Shown here in pieces: positions 34,685 to 45,134 of a DNA stretch of 64,000 bases. The stretch spans positions 27,009 through 91,008 of the forward strand of contig CAKAGA010000009.1 in NCBI GenBank assembly GCA_916438995.1. Reading direction: 5' to 3'. This stretch comes from an uncultured Catonella sp. (lineage in GTDB: Bacteria > Bacillota > Clostridia > Lachnospirales > Lachnospiraceae). The notes under the pieces were generated by a model. The model searched no databases, was not told where the DNA came from, and worked only from the letters and a program-made list of their open reading frames with translations. Each line of letters starts with the position of its first letter. Position 1 is the stretch's first letter. The position numbers were made by a program, and so were the translations under genes.

Positions 34685-36280
34685 TTATTTCCACTTGTTA
34701 CAAAGTGATTCAATCTGTTCAGCGAACTTAATCATATCCTTATTGGCAAGTCCACTATTTGCATTTATCAAATCAAGCAGTCTCTGACCTGCTGTAAGCA
34801 GTTTCTCGAACTCTGCCCTATGAGTACCCTGCTTAATCTCCTTTTTGATAAGTACAGGTTCTGCAATATATTCCCACTTATCCAAAGATAAATCATAAAT
34901 AGATCCACTATAAGGTGCATAGGCATTGTGATGATACTCATCTACAAGGGTTTTTCTAAAACTCTCGGCAACTCTGTCTTCTCCATGAACTATAAATACC
35001 GCAGTTGGCCTAGGATTAAAGGCTGAAATCCAAGAAATAAGTCCGTTTTTATCAGCATGTCCGCTAACTCCAGCTAACACTTTAATATCTGCATTTACCT
35101 CTATTTCTTCACCAAAGAGTTTAACCCTCTCCACACCATCTACTAGAAGCCTACCAAGAGTTCCTACAGCCTGGTAACCAACAAAAAGAATAGTACATTC
35201 TTTTCTCCACAGATTGTGTTTTAAATGGTGTCTGATTCTTCCAGCTTCACACATTCCGGATGCTGATATGATAACCTTAGGTCTTTTGTCAAAGTTAATA
35301 GCAATAGAATCTGTACTGGTTATAGAAGTTTTAAGTCCTTCAAAGCTAATTGGATTGATTCCGGAATTTATCAGATTCATTGCATCTTCATCAAAGCAGT
35401 CCGCATAATTTTCCCTAAATATATTAGTAGCTTCTATGGCAAGCGGACTGTCAACTATCACTTCAAAGTCGTCATAGCCGTACACCAGCCTATCCTCTTT
35501 TATTTTTCTTATAAAATAAAGCATCTCCTGAGTACGTCCTACTGCAAAGGACGGAATAACTACATTCCCTCCTCTACTAAAGGTATCATTAAAAATATCT
35601 GAAAGCTCTGATACATAGTCAATTCTCTCACCATGCAGCCTGTCACCATAGGTTGACTCCATTACAACATAGTCAGCATCTGTAATATATGCCGGGTCTT
35701 TGATTATAGGCTGGTTAATATTACCTATATCCCCTGAAAATGCAATTGTTTTTGTAACTCCATCTTCAGTTATGCTCATTTTTATACTAGATGATCCCAA
35801 AAGATGTCCTACATCAGTATAAGAAATACTAATCCCCTCACATAGTTCCATCTCCTCATTGTAGGCGACCTTACGAAAATGCCTTAGTACACCCTCAACA
35901 TCCTCCATAACATAAGCAGGCTCATAATGCTCCTTACCTGCTCTTTTATTTTTCCTGTTTTTCCACTCCGCCTCAAATTCCTGAATATGGGCTGAGTCTC
36001 TTAGCATGATGTCGCAAAGTTCGCAGGTAGCTGTGGTTGCATAAATCTCGCCTTTGAAGCCATTTTTGTATAGAGCTGGTATCATACCTGTATGGTCTAC
36101 ATGCGCATGGGTAACTAAAATATAGTCAATTTCTGACGGAGCCACAGGCAGCTCTGCATTTTCAAATACATTGACACCCTGCTCCATACCATAGTCCACC
36201 AGGATATTCTTTCCGCAGGCAGAAATAAAATGCGCGCTTCCAGTAACCTCGTGGTCAGCACCAATAAAATATAGTTTCAT
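34685..36280 (-). CDS. MBL-fold beta-CASP ribonuclease
   Basis: THAHVDHTG, GHLLGS, MESTYG, SASGM and SGHAD motifs. Confidence 0.92.
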   Translation of the reverse strand: MKLYFIGADHEVTGSAHFISACGKNILVDYGMEQGVNVFENAELPVAPSEIDYILVTHAHVDHTGMIPALYKNGFKGEIYATTATCELCDIMLRDSAHIQEFEAEWKNRKNKRAGKEHYEPAYVMEDVEGVLRHFRKVAYNEEMELCEGISISYTDVGHLLGSSSIKMSITEDGVTKTIAFSGDIGNINQPIIKDPAYITDADYVVMESTYGDRLHGERIDYVSELSDIFNDTFSRGGNVVIPSFAVGRTQEMLYFIRKIKEDRLVYGYDDFEVIVDSPLAIEATNIFRENYADCFDEDAMNLINSGINPISFEGLKTSITSTDSIAINFDKRPKVIISASGMCEAGRIRHHLKHNLWRKECTILFVGYQAVGTLGRLLVDGVERVKLFGEEIEVNADIKVLAGVSGHADKNGLISWISAFNPRPTAVFIVHGEDRVAESFRKTLVDEYHHNAYAPYSGSIYDLSLDKWEYIAEPVLIKKEIKQGTHRAEFEKLLTAGQRLLDLINANSGLANKDMIKFAEQIESLCNKWK

Positions 36281-36409
36281 ACTTTTTCTCCAATTGTAGC
36301 GCTTGAACATATGAATAACCATTTATTTATAATATTTGTCTACTCATATATTCGCCTACTTCAAAAATAAGAAATCCTTTAATATAATATTCATTATACC
36401 ATAAACAAA

Positions 36410-37341
36410 CTATGAATTACATACTCTAAGCATTTCTTTTTAAAACATTTATCTTCAGTAATAAGCTCATCTTTATCAATGTAGGTAACTACCTTTTCCC
36501 TCTTAAAACCAAGTTAACTGCCTTTTGGCAAAAATGCCTAGTATCCCTTTTAATTATTTCTATACATTCCTCAAGGTTAGTTTCACCATTTAGATAGTCA
36601 ATTACTTCTTTATAGCCTATTCCCTGCATTGACACCAGCGACTTATTATAGCCCCTTGATATAAGACGTTTAACCTCCTCCACAAGTCCCATATTAAACA
36701 TAAGATCAACCCTTTTGTCTATTCTTTCGTAGAGTTTTTTCCTGTCCATTGTCAGAACAAAATAAGCAAAGTCAAATGGAGAGCATCTTTCCCTTTCTCT
36801 TTTGTTGTGTTCTGATAGCCTTTCTCCCCGTCATTTCAAAGAATGAAAGGGCTCTAATAACTTTTTTAATATTGTTTTCCGATACTGAATCAGCGTAATC
36901 CTTATCAACCAAGGCAAGATTTCTATGAAGTTCACTCTTACCTATAATTTCTGCCATTACTTCGTATTTCTGCCTGACATGGCTGTCATCACCGTACTCA
37001 CTGAAATTAATATCATATATAACTGATTGGATGTAAAAGCCCGTGCCACCAACTATTATAGGCACCTTCCCCCTACTTTTTATCTCCTCTATGTATCCCA
37101 TCACCTTATTCTTAAATATGGTAACATTGAATTCTTCATCCGGCTCAAATTCATCTATAAGAAAATGGGGGATACCGCACTTTTCTTCCTCAGTAATTTT
37201 AGCAGTTCCTATATTCATGTGCCTATATACCTGCATAGAGTCTGCAGATATTATCTCTCCGTCCACAGCCTTAGCAAGGGCTATGGACAGAGATGTCTTT
37301 CCTACTGCAGTAGGACCTGTTAAAACTATCAAATCTTTCAT
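36410..37341 (-). CDS. miaA: tRNA dimethylallyltransferase; frameshifted, 3' end approximate
   Basis: GPTAVGKT, DSMQVY, GGTGFY and QGIGYKE motifs. Confidence 0.92.
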
Positions 37342-37400
37342 TAATAAGCTCCCATAATAATAGTGTTAACCTTTACGCAACATAATAAACTTATCTCAAT

Positions 37401-38405
37401 TTACTCTGCAGGAGCCCAAGAGTGTAATTCTTTCAATTTCGTGCCCTTTTTATCAAGGAGATATACCTTTACCAAATCCTGCTCAGAGCTTACTTTTACA
37501 ATTTCCTTTACCATCATGTAGTTACCAAGTGCTGAAAAATTAATCGTCATACTATTTGTAGCAAAGGTCTTGTACTTCCACTTCCCAGATTTATATCTTC
37601 CCACTTGAAGTTTGCCCTGTCCATATTTACCAGATTTACGATATTTTACCTTTGTCTTTACATCATATGTCTGATCAAAGTTAGTAGCATCTAAAAGAAT
37701 CTCCCCAGCATTAACTAACTTGCTCCACTTAACTTCCTTCCCTTTAATATCGAAAATTCTTTTATTATCAGTAGTATAATAAATATTTTTACCACTTTTA
37801 TATAATCTCATCCACCCACTATACTCGGCGCTTACTTTAATTAACTGTTTTTTTATTTTTTTGCCATCCAAATCCATACTTGAAATATATCCATCACTTT
37901 TTAAAATCATTGTAAGTCATAGTTCCTTCTTTTTACCTTAGTAATTGCTCCAGAAAAATAATAGATTTTTATTGTCTATAATAATTGGAGATTTTCCAAC
38001 CGCTAACTTTTTCTTAGTTTTACCATCCTTTGAAATACGGTAAATATAAGGTTCTTCATTACCTACACCATAGCCAAACACCTTATCCAGAACTGCATAG
38101 ATGTAATTCCCCTTTATAGACAGATTGGTATAACCATTTCCTGTCTTTTTAGCTACGCTTTTGCTTTTAAGCGTCTTAGGATTAAGTTTGATTATATCCA
38201 TACGCATTCCATCTCCCTGATAGGCATAATAGATATACTCTCCGTCAGTCACCGCACTTCCGGGATTTACTACAGCAATCTTTCCGTCTACAGACTTAAC
38301 TACAGTTCTTCCCTTAGCCATAGCAGGAATAGTGCCAAACACTGAAAAAATAAAACTAAAAATTAAAACTATCGAAAATAATACTGTGATTTTTTGCTTC
38401 TTCAT
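37401..38405 (-). CDS. secreted Lys-rich beta-repeat protein (DUF5050-like); frameshift near 37950
   Basis: Signal peptide ending AMA, repeated G.YIYY strands; two collinear ORFs. Confidence 0.55.
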
Positions 38406-38566
38406 ACATACCTCCAATTAATCATAAGTTTATATTACTTGTCCCTTTTTATTATACCACTTATTTTAGCTCTAGCCAATTTAAAATTTTTATGATATAA
38501 TCCCATGATACGAATGTTAAATAAGATATTTATTTGGCTGTAATTATTTTTATGAAAGGCAGGTGT

Positions 38567-39004
38567 TTGGTATTAGCGAGTCAGAATTTATTAGAAGTCT
38601 CAGACCTTTTTAGTGATTTGCAAGATCCTACCAATACTATCTATGACCATTTGCCTTATAGGAAGGATATTAACCTTATTAAAGACAGTGATATAAGGAT
38701 GGTATCAGGCAATGTAGTTAAGTATACCCAGCTCATTGTTGAAGAAACGAAAATTATAGATACCAATGAGCTTGCAGAAATTATTATAGACGAAGAAATC
38801 AGTCTCTATGAGGCTGACATTTCCAATCATGATCAGGATGATATGCTTATTGACGATGTTAAAGAGCATGAAATTGTTGCTGCTGATGACGGTGAAGTAG
38901 CAGATGATGAACTCTTTACCGGGGAGCTTGATATGGAATCCATCAATGCCCTTGCTGAAGCTGACGAAAACGAAGATGACTACTCTTTCCTTAATGAAGA
39001 ATAA
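38567..39004 (+). CDS. acidic hypothetical protein
   Basis: Asp/Glu-rich ORF with RBS GGCAGGTG before a TTG, TGnTATAAT promoter near 38493-38501 and a downstream terminator. Confidence 0.7.
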   Translation: MVLASQNLLEVSDLFSDLQDPTNTIYDHLPYRKDINLIKDSDIRMVSGNVVKYTQLIVEETKIIDTNELAEIIIDEEISLYEADISNHDQDDMLIDDVKEHEIVAADDGEVADDELFTGELDMESINALAEADENEDDYSFLNEE

Positions 39005-39005
39005 T

Positions 39006-39056
39006 AAAAGGCTGTAAACACCTTTTAGGGCTAACCCTGGGTGATTACAGCCTTTT
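39006..39056. terminator. bidirectional terminator
   Basis: AAAAGGCTGTAA...TTACAGCCTTTT hairpin between convergent genes. Confidence 0.85.
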
Positions 39057-39109
39057 GTTTTCTTAATGTTTTCCTTAATGATTAGAGTGACAAAAGTACT
39101 TGGCAAAAA

Positions 39110-40681
39110 TTAGTACGCATATATGCTTGGTTTGTCGCAGCCAAGGTCAGTCTGAAGCCATTTACCGTCTACATACTTAAATTCTGACCTGATATATAAA
39201 TTACCCATATTGTTACTATCTCTCCATTCAGGATCTCCAAACCATGGTGTATAATAATAAGAATAATAGATTTGATATGTAACTGACTTTGTTACAACCG
39301 CCTCTGTCGAATTTATCTCTGTATTTACTGTATTAAAGTCAATTTTAGTAACATGCCTGCTGTCATTATTAAGTCCCTGTGCAAGTTCTTCATACAAAGT
39401 TTTAATTGATTTAAGAGTCTCCTCATCCTGAACAAAGATATCTTTAATCTTATCAAAAGGCTCACCGTTTATAGCTGCCAGATACACTGACTTCATATTG
39501 GTTATCGCCAATTCCTGAAGCTCTTCTGCCGTCTCTTTGGAAAGCCTCATGTCATCGAAGAATAGAGTATCGTTATTGCCTTTAATTGTTTCAGTTAACT
39601 TCAATGTCTCCATACCACCCAAAGATACTTCTATCTTGTGTTTTCCTGCAAATATCATAGGTATGGTATAGGTTGTACCACCTATCAACTGACCTTTGCT
39701 ACTGTATTTCTCAGGTATTTCAATGTCATCAACCTTTACCTTAGCTCCTTCAAGTACATTGATTTTCACATTTGAAGAGGCTATCCCTACATAGTCTATA
39801 CTCCATTCATCAAAAATATAGTACTTCTTAGCGGATTCCTTTACCAGATTAACAGTGAAATAATGCTCATTACTGTCTCCTCTATTTGTATAGGATATAA
39901 CTACTTCTTTGCGGATGTCATCACTTTTTTCAAACTTCCAAAAAGACTTATTGTCGTCGTTTACCTTGTAATTAAGAACATCTGTTAATCCCATGGATGC
40001 TCGATACTGCTTCAATCCTTCTTTCTTTAAGAGGAAATTCTTTTCATCGCTGCTATTAATGTTGAATAAAGAATATACACTGTCGTAATCTTCATTTACA
40101 AGGGCCACAAAATACTCTTTAGCCTTATGTTCAGCACTGAAGTTGCCAAAAATAAACGGAACTAAGAAGTATATCATTGCACCAAGAACGATGAGCTCTA
40201 AAAACAAAAATGTAACTACTCCCAGTATTCCTTTCTTAGGCTTGGCATTGCCGGACTTGGGCTGCTCATTATTCATAGCAGATGTTTCCTGAGGCAGGGG
40301 ATTAGCCGTAGCAGACTGAACCGCATGAGGAGTCGGCTCCTGATATACAGGCTGTGTCACTACAACTTCCTCATTAGCAGGAGCTGATAGTCCTTCTGCT
40401 TGAGAGCTTTGTTCTACAGGCTGTATTTCTTCATCTGCCGGCTTTAATACTTCCTCTGCAGCCTTTACTTCTTCCACAATCTCTTTTACCTCTTCTTTTA
40501 TCGACTTTACTTCTTCCGATATAGACTTTACTTTATCTGCCTTAGTTTCTACCGTCTCCTGCTTTGGCTGTTCTTCATTGTTTGTATCAAATGAAAATTC
40601 GGCATCCGTCAATTTATGCCCACAATTTTCGCAAAATGCGGGGTTGCCGAAATATTGTGCTCCACAGTTTTCACAAAACAT
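39110..40681 (-). CDS. zinc-ribbon, single-TM membrane protein (TcaA-like architecture)
   Basis: CENCG...FCENCG ribbon, charged linker, TM, large extracellular region. Confidence 0.7.
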   Translation of the reverse strand: MFCENCGAQYFGNPAFCENCGHKLTDAEFSFDTNNEEQPKQETVETKADKVKSISEEVKSIKEEVKEIVEEVKAAEEVLKPADEEIQPVEQSSQAEGLSAPANEEVVVTQPVYQEPTPHAVQSATANPLPQETSAMNNEQPKSGNAKPKKGILGVVTFLFLELIVLGAMIYFLVPFIFGNFSAEHKAKEYFVALVNEDYDSVYSLFNINSSDEKNFLLKKEGLKQYRASMGLTDVLNYKVNDDNKSFWKFEKSDDIRKEVVISYTNRGDSNEHYFTVNLVKESAKKYYIFDEWSIDYVGIASSNVKINVLEGAKVKVDDIEIPEKYSSKGQLIGGTTYTIPMIFAGKHKIEVSLGGMETLKLTETIKGNNDTLFFDDMRLSKETAEELQELAITNMKSVYLAAINGEPFDKIKDIFVQDEETLKSIKTLYEELAQGLNNDSRHVTKIDFNTVNTEINSTEAVVTKSVTYQIYYSYYYTPWFGDPEWRDSNNMGNLYIRSEFKYVDGKWLQTDLGCDKPSIYAY

Positions 40682-40698
40682 AAAATTCCTCCATTCAC

Positions 40699-41472
40699 TT
40701 AATTATATTTATCAACTACATCCAATACTTCAATATTCTTCTTTTCAATTTTGTTCATCTTTGAAAAACGCCTTATCTGAACTTATTTTTCTTCTTAATT
40801 TTCTTATACCAACTCTTTTTGTTGAAGTATTTTTGGACATCCTCATTCTTAAATTTGGCTCCATGTTTTTGCATACATCTCATTTATTATCATTCTGGCA
40901 ATTGAACTGCCTTCAGGAATCTCAAAGCCTTTACTCTCAAGCTTCTTAACCAATTCCACAGCACTATTATTACTTAATTTCTTTTTGCACTATCGGCAAA
41001 TAAATATTGGGGACTTGACTTCTTTTCCTCTTCCTTTACCTCTTTTTTTATCTTCATCGGTTACAGCCTCCTCAGAATTTTTCGCTCTCTTCAATTTTAT
41101 CACTATCTTCTTTAGTTTCTGTATCTTCACTGGTTTCGCTGTCTTCTTTTGTCTCATCAGTTTCCTTATTCTCAGAAGTATCCTCTTCGCCCTCCTTAGA
41201 GTCGGTTTCATCCTTTTTCTCATCGGAATTTGCTGATGCCATATTATTATTTACAGTGAACTTCTCAAAAACTTTTATTTAGGTTAAATGTATCAAAAAC
41301 TTCTGAAACATCTTCGTCTTCTTCATTATTCTCAGTGTTTTTCAGCGCTGTCAGACGCTTGTTTAATTGAAGGCACTCCGTTTGTATAAGCAAGTGCTCC
41401 TGCAGAAGCACCAAGTAAAATGATTACAAGCGCCAATATGAATGACAAAAATATTAATCCGCCTTTTTTCAT
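40699..41472 (-). CDS. YARHG-domain membrane/secreted protein; several frameshifts, missed by ORF track
   Basis: MKKGGLIFLSFILALVIILLG N-terminus, E/K-rich linker, C-terminal ARMIINEMYAKHGAKFKNEDVQKYFNKKSWY...NKIEKKNI. Confidence 0.75.
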
Positions 41473-41524
41473 AAAATACTCCTATCTAATTTATACCATT
41501 CTTCTCAACTTCTAATTTTCACAA

Positions 41525-41559
41525 ATAGACCACAGATGAGAATCCCTTCTGTGGTCTAT
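41525..41559 (-). terminator. hairpin after the zinc-ribbon multi-TM gene
   Basis: Stem ATAGACCACAGA/TCTGTGGTCTAT. Confidence 0.65.
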
Positions 41560-41570
41560 ACAACTCATAT

Positions 41571-42692
41571 TTAATAAATGTTACCAAACATATCCAAACC
41601 ATTCATACCACCGGGCATTCCAGAGAAAAAGCTTGATAAAATGCTATTTGCCACAGCTTGAAGCAATAACATAACTATACAAATTAAGATAAGCTGAAGC
41701 AAAAGACTAACTCTATAAGTCTTAACAAAGTTCTCTTCAAAAGCTATATAAGCAATTACAACGGCTGATATGATATTGTTTACAAACATAAATGCAAGGC
41801 AGATGCTTGAAAATAATCCTATTGAAAGCGATGAAAATATCACCGCAAGGAAGATAATTATCATATCGAATATAGTAGTCAAGCTGCAAAGTCCAAGAAC
41901 CGACAGATAAGATATCGGTTTAGTCTGCTTCTTAGCAAAAACAAACACCCCAAGTGAATACACCGCCTTCACAAATATGTAAGATAAAATCAAGCCAAAA
42001 GCTATCTTGAATATGGTGAATGCACTAAAAAGCGGATTATTAAACATTATTATGAATAATACAAACATAATAAAAGCCGAAATACCGCCAACAACAAACT
42101 GACTCTGTTTATTGTTTTCAGCAAAGGCAGATTTCATGGCAGAAAAAGGATTCAATAAAAATGATTTTGTCACTCCCAAAGCCTCTGTTAAAATCTTAGC
42201 TACATCAACATTCATGCTCTTATTTGCACCTGCCTGTTCTTGTCCATTACTTGCATTTTGTACTGGTACAGGAGGTACATTATTTACTAGTGTCTCCTGT
42301 GCATTTGCTACATTATTTTCTGGTGTCTCCTGTACATTTGCCACATTATTTACTAGTGTCTCCTGTGCATTTGCTACATTATTTTCTGGTGTCTCCTGTA
42401 CATTTGCCACATTATTTACTAGTGTCTCCTGTGCATTTGCTGCATTATTTTCTGGTGTTTTCTGTAAATTAACCTCAACTGTTTTCTTAACATTTTCTGT
42501 GTTATCAACACTTGCTTCAGGAGTGCCTTCTGCTGTATTTACTTCTTCAGTAGTCATATTGACAGTCGCAGAACTTACTTCAATCGCAGCACTTGCTTCA
42601 GCCATATCCTGTCTTTCTTTTACTGCACCCTCGCAGTTACATTCTTTTCCATCCTCTACAGGATTTCCACAAAACTTACAAAACCTTCCCAT
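41571..42692 (-). CDS. zinc-ribbon protein with 11-aa repeats and about 5 C-terminal TM helices (Yip1-like)
   Basis: CKFCG...CNC N-terminus, NNVAN(A/V)QET repeats, hydrophobic C-terminal half. Confidence 0.7.
   Translation of the reverse strand: MGRFCKFCGNPVEDGKECNCEGAVKERQDMAEASAAIEVSSATVNMTTEEVNTAEGTPEASVDNTENVKKTVEVNLQKTPENNAANAQETLVNNVANVQETPENNVANAQETLVNNVANVQETPENNVANAQETLVNNVPPVPVQNASNGQEQAGANKSMNVDVAKILTEALGVTKSFLLNPFSAMKSAFAENNKQSQFVVGGISAFIMFVLFIIMFNNPLFSAFTIFKIAFGLILSYIFVKAVYSLGVFVFAKKQTKPISYLSVLGLCSLTTIFDMIIIFLAVIFSSLSIGLFSSICLAFMFVNNIISAVVIAYIAFEENFVKTYRVSLLLQLILICIVMLLLQAVANSILSSFFSGMPGGMNGLDMFGNIY
42277..42465. repeat. in-frame tandem repeat: 33-bp units alternating as a 66-bp dimer, nearly 3 copies
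   Basis: ACATTATTTACTAGTGTCTCCTGTGCATTTGCT alternates with ACATTATTTTCTGGTGTCTCCTGTACATTTGCC. Confidence 0.95.
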
Positions 42693-42784
42693 ATTCTTCC
42701 TCCAAAAATAATATTCCCAGATTATTCACCAATGGAGCTTTTAATCCTAAGGTAAATAGTCCTGGCTCTTGCAATAATTATAAC

Positions 42785-42858
42785 ATTATTGCATTTATCC
42801 AGTCAACCACCTGTTCTAATCCAGAAGGAGTGAAATCAAATTCTTTGGTGAGAATCTC
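42785..42858. repeat. 74-bp target-site duplication, left copy
   Basis: Identical to 44857-44930. Confidence 0.95.
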
Positions 42859-42939
42859 GGGAGTTTGACAACCTAATCCGTTATGAGGTTCATCAAAGCC
42901 AGATATGGCTTATTTTTTTGTCAAATCTTAAATTTATGC

Positions 42940-42968
42940 TTGCACGTTCCACTCCGATACGTTATAAT
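42940..42968 (+). promoter_or_regulatory. IS1634 transposase promoter
   Basis: TTGCAC-17 bp-TATAAT, then RBS GGAGG and ATG at 42988. Confidence 0.75.
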
Positions 42969-42987
42969 AGTATTGGAGGATAATACT

Positions 42988-44758
42988 ATGAGATTAGGAT
43001 GGACTACCGGAAAATATTCAATTACCTATCGTGCTGTTAAAACAGTTAGAATCAATGGGAAAAACAAAACTCAGATTGTTAAAACTTTCGGTTCAGAAAA
43101 ACAAATCTGCGAGATGTATGGCGTGAAAGATGCAAAAGCCTGGGCTAAAGAACAGGTGCGTATTATGAATGAAGTTGAAAAAGAAGATTCCGCAACATTT
43201 AATATTGAGCTCTGTGCCGCTAATGACCTTGTTAGTAATGAACAGCATAGGTTTAATGGCGGATATCTTTTCCTTCAGGATATTTATTATGAATTAGGCA
43301 TGCATAAGATTTGCCGTGCAATCTCTGCGAGACACCCATTTGAGTACGACCTGAATGACATACTTTCACGTCTTATATACAGCAGAATACTTTTCCCGTC
43401 ATCAAAAAGGAATAGCTTTGAAGAGTCAAAGCGCTTTATTGAACAGCCCTCTTTTGAACTGCATGAGTGTTTTACCGCTCATTATCAGTGATAGCAGAAG
43501 AGGCTGATTATATTCAGAGCCGCATTTTTAAAAATAGCACTGCAGTGCAAAAACGAAATACTCAAGTAATCTATTATGACTGTACAAATTTCTACTTTGA
43601 GATCGACAATGAAGAGGATGATAAGCAGTTTGGCAAAAGTAAGGAAAACCGCCCACTTCCTATAGTAGGAATGGGGCTGTTTATGGATAGCGATGGTATT
43701 CCTATATCTTTTTGCATTTATCCCGGAAACCGCAATGAACAGACCACTATGATTCCACTTGAAAAGAAGATGCTTTCTGGATTTGATATGTCCAGTTTGT
43801 TGTCTGTACAGATTCAGGGCTGTCATCTGCAACAAAACCGGGTGTTTAATTCCTACAACAGCGAAAACGGCATGCGCGGGTATATAACAACACAGCCTAT
43901 CAAAATACTTAAAGACTTCTTACAAGAGTGGTGTATGGCTGATGATGGATGGCTTCTCGATGGTGATAGAAGCGGCAAAAAATATAGGATATCAGAATTA
44001 GACAATGAAAAGGATAGAGACAAGATTTTTCTACAGATCGCGATGGATTAAAGAGGAAGGTATTGTCCATACAGACAGTGGCGACAGAAAGCAAATAATC
44101 GAACAGAAAGCTTATTGTTTCATACTCCTTAAAATACCGTGATTTCCAGCGCCATGTGCGTAAAGGACAGATTGAAAGAGCTGCGAAAATGATTGAAAAA
44201 GGACGCTCATCGATAGAAAGAAAAAAACAGAATGATCCTAAACGATTTATAAAAACCGACCATACAACAAAGTACGGGGAGATTGCAGATGTATCCATAA
44301 ACAGCATAGACCAGTCATATATTGAAAATGAAGAAAAATATGATGGTTTCTATGCTGTATGCACCAATCTTAATGACAACATAGGTAGTATAGTCAGGGC
44401 AAACAAGCGACGTTGGGAGATTGAAGAATGCTTTAGAATAATGAAAACTGATTTTGAAGCACGTCCTGTATATTTAAACAGGAAAGACAGGATACTTGCC
44501 CATTTCATAACCTGTTTTATTTCGCTTATTGTATACAGGTATCTTGAAAAGAAACTTAATAATAAATATACCATAGACCAGATACTTCCTACCCTTCAGG
44601 AAATGGATTTCATAAAGTACGAGGGTAAAGGTTATCAGCCCATTTACACCAGAACAGAACTCACAGATGCACTGCACGATGCATTTGGATTCTGTACATC
44701 TAAACAGATAGTTCCAATAAAAAAAATGAGGAATATTTTTTCACAAACAAAAAAATAG
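42988..44758 (+). CDS. IS1634-family DDE transposase; frameshifted
   Basis: YYDCTNFYFE, GKSKENRP, GNRNEQTT, DGFYAVCTN and WEIEECFRIMKTDFEARPVY...HF..CF motifs. Confidence 0.92.
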
Positions 44759-44787
44759 ATAGTGTAACGTGCATATGTAAATTTTCC

Positions 44788-44833
44788 AAAAGCCCTGTAA
44801 CTCGCTTCTATAGCGAATTACAAGGCTTTTTTT
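44788..44833 (+). terminator. hairpin/terminator in the IS right end
   Basis: AAAAGCCCTGTAA-TCGC...GCGA-TTACAAGGCTTTTTTT. Confidence 0.7.
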
Positions 44834-44834
44834 C

Positions 44835-45134
44835 TTAAAAAGCTGTCAAAGACGGGATTATTGCATTTATCCAGTCAACCACCTGTTCTAATCCAGAAGG
44901 AGTGAAATCAAATTCTTTGGTGAGAATCTCCTCCTCGGGTGTTTTCTCAAAGGCAAGAAAATCTTTCCAAAGAAAAGCCTTAAAGACTACCTCCTTTTCA
45001 GGCTCAGTCCCTTCTTCTGCCTGAACTTCCTTTTCAAACCTTACTATTCTGTATCTCTTACCGCTATCACTGCCTGTAAAAGGCTTTTTATAGGTATAGT
45101 AGTTAAAAGACAGAACATCCTTTATATCAACCAT
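44835..45134 (-). CDS. conserved small hypothetical protein; C-terminus altered by the IS
   Basis: [19 protein letters not shown]...RYRI...GLEQVVDWIN; the last residues are read from the IS end. Confidence 0.75.
   Translation of the reverse strand: MVDIKDVLSFNYYTYKKPFTGSDSGKRYRIVRFEKEVQAEEGTEPEKEVVFKAFLWKDFLAFEKTPEEEILTKEFDFTPSGLEQVVDWINAIIPSLTAF
44857..44930. repeat. 74-bp target-site duplication, right copy
   Basis: Identical to 42785-42858. Confidence 0.95.

Larger units (their letters stand above)
42859..44856 (+). mobile_element. IS1634-family insertion sequence (about 2.0 kb)
   Basis: Imperfect terminal IRs sharing TTTGACA (GGGAGTTTGACAAC / GCTGTCAAAGACGGG), one DDE transposase and a long flanking direct repeat. 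Confidence 0.92.

Noticed and set aside
42277..42465. CRISPR-like 33-bp repeats
   Set aside because: Units are contiguous with no unique spacers and are in frame within a protein.
42693..42780. Riboswitch in the leader of the zinc-ribbon gene
   Set aside because: No c-di-AMP or c-di-GMP consensus recognisable; only a short AT-rich stem.
42988..44758. Programmed frameshifting in the transposase
   Set aside because: IS1634 transposases are single ORFs, and the breaks match the window-wide indel noise.
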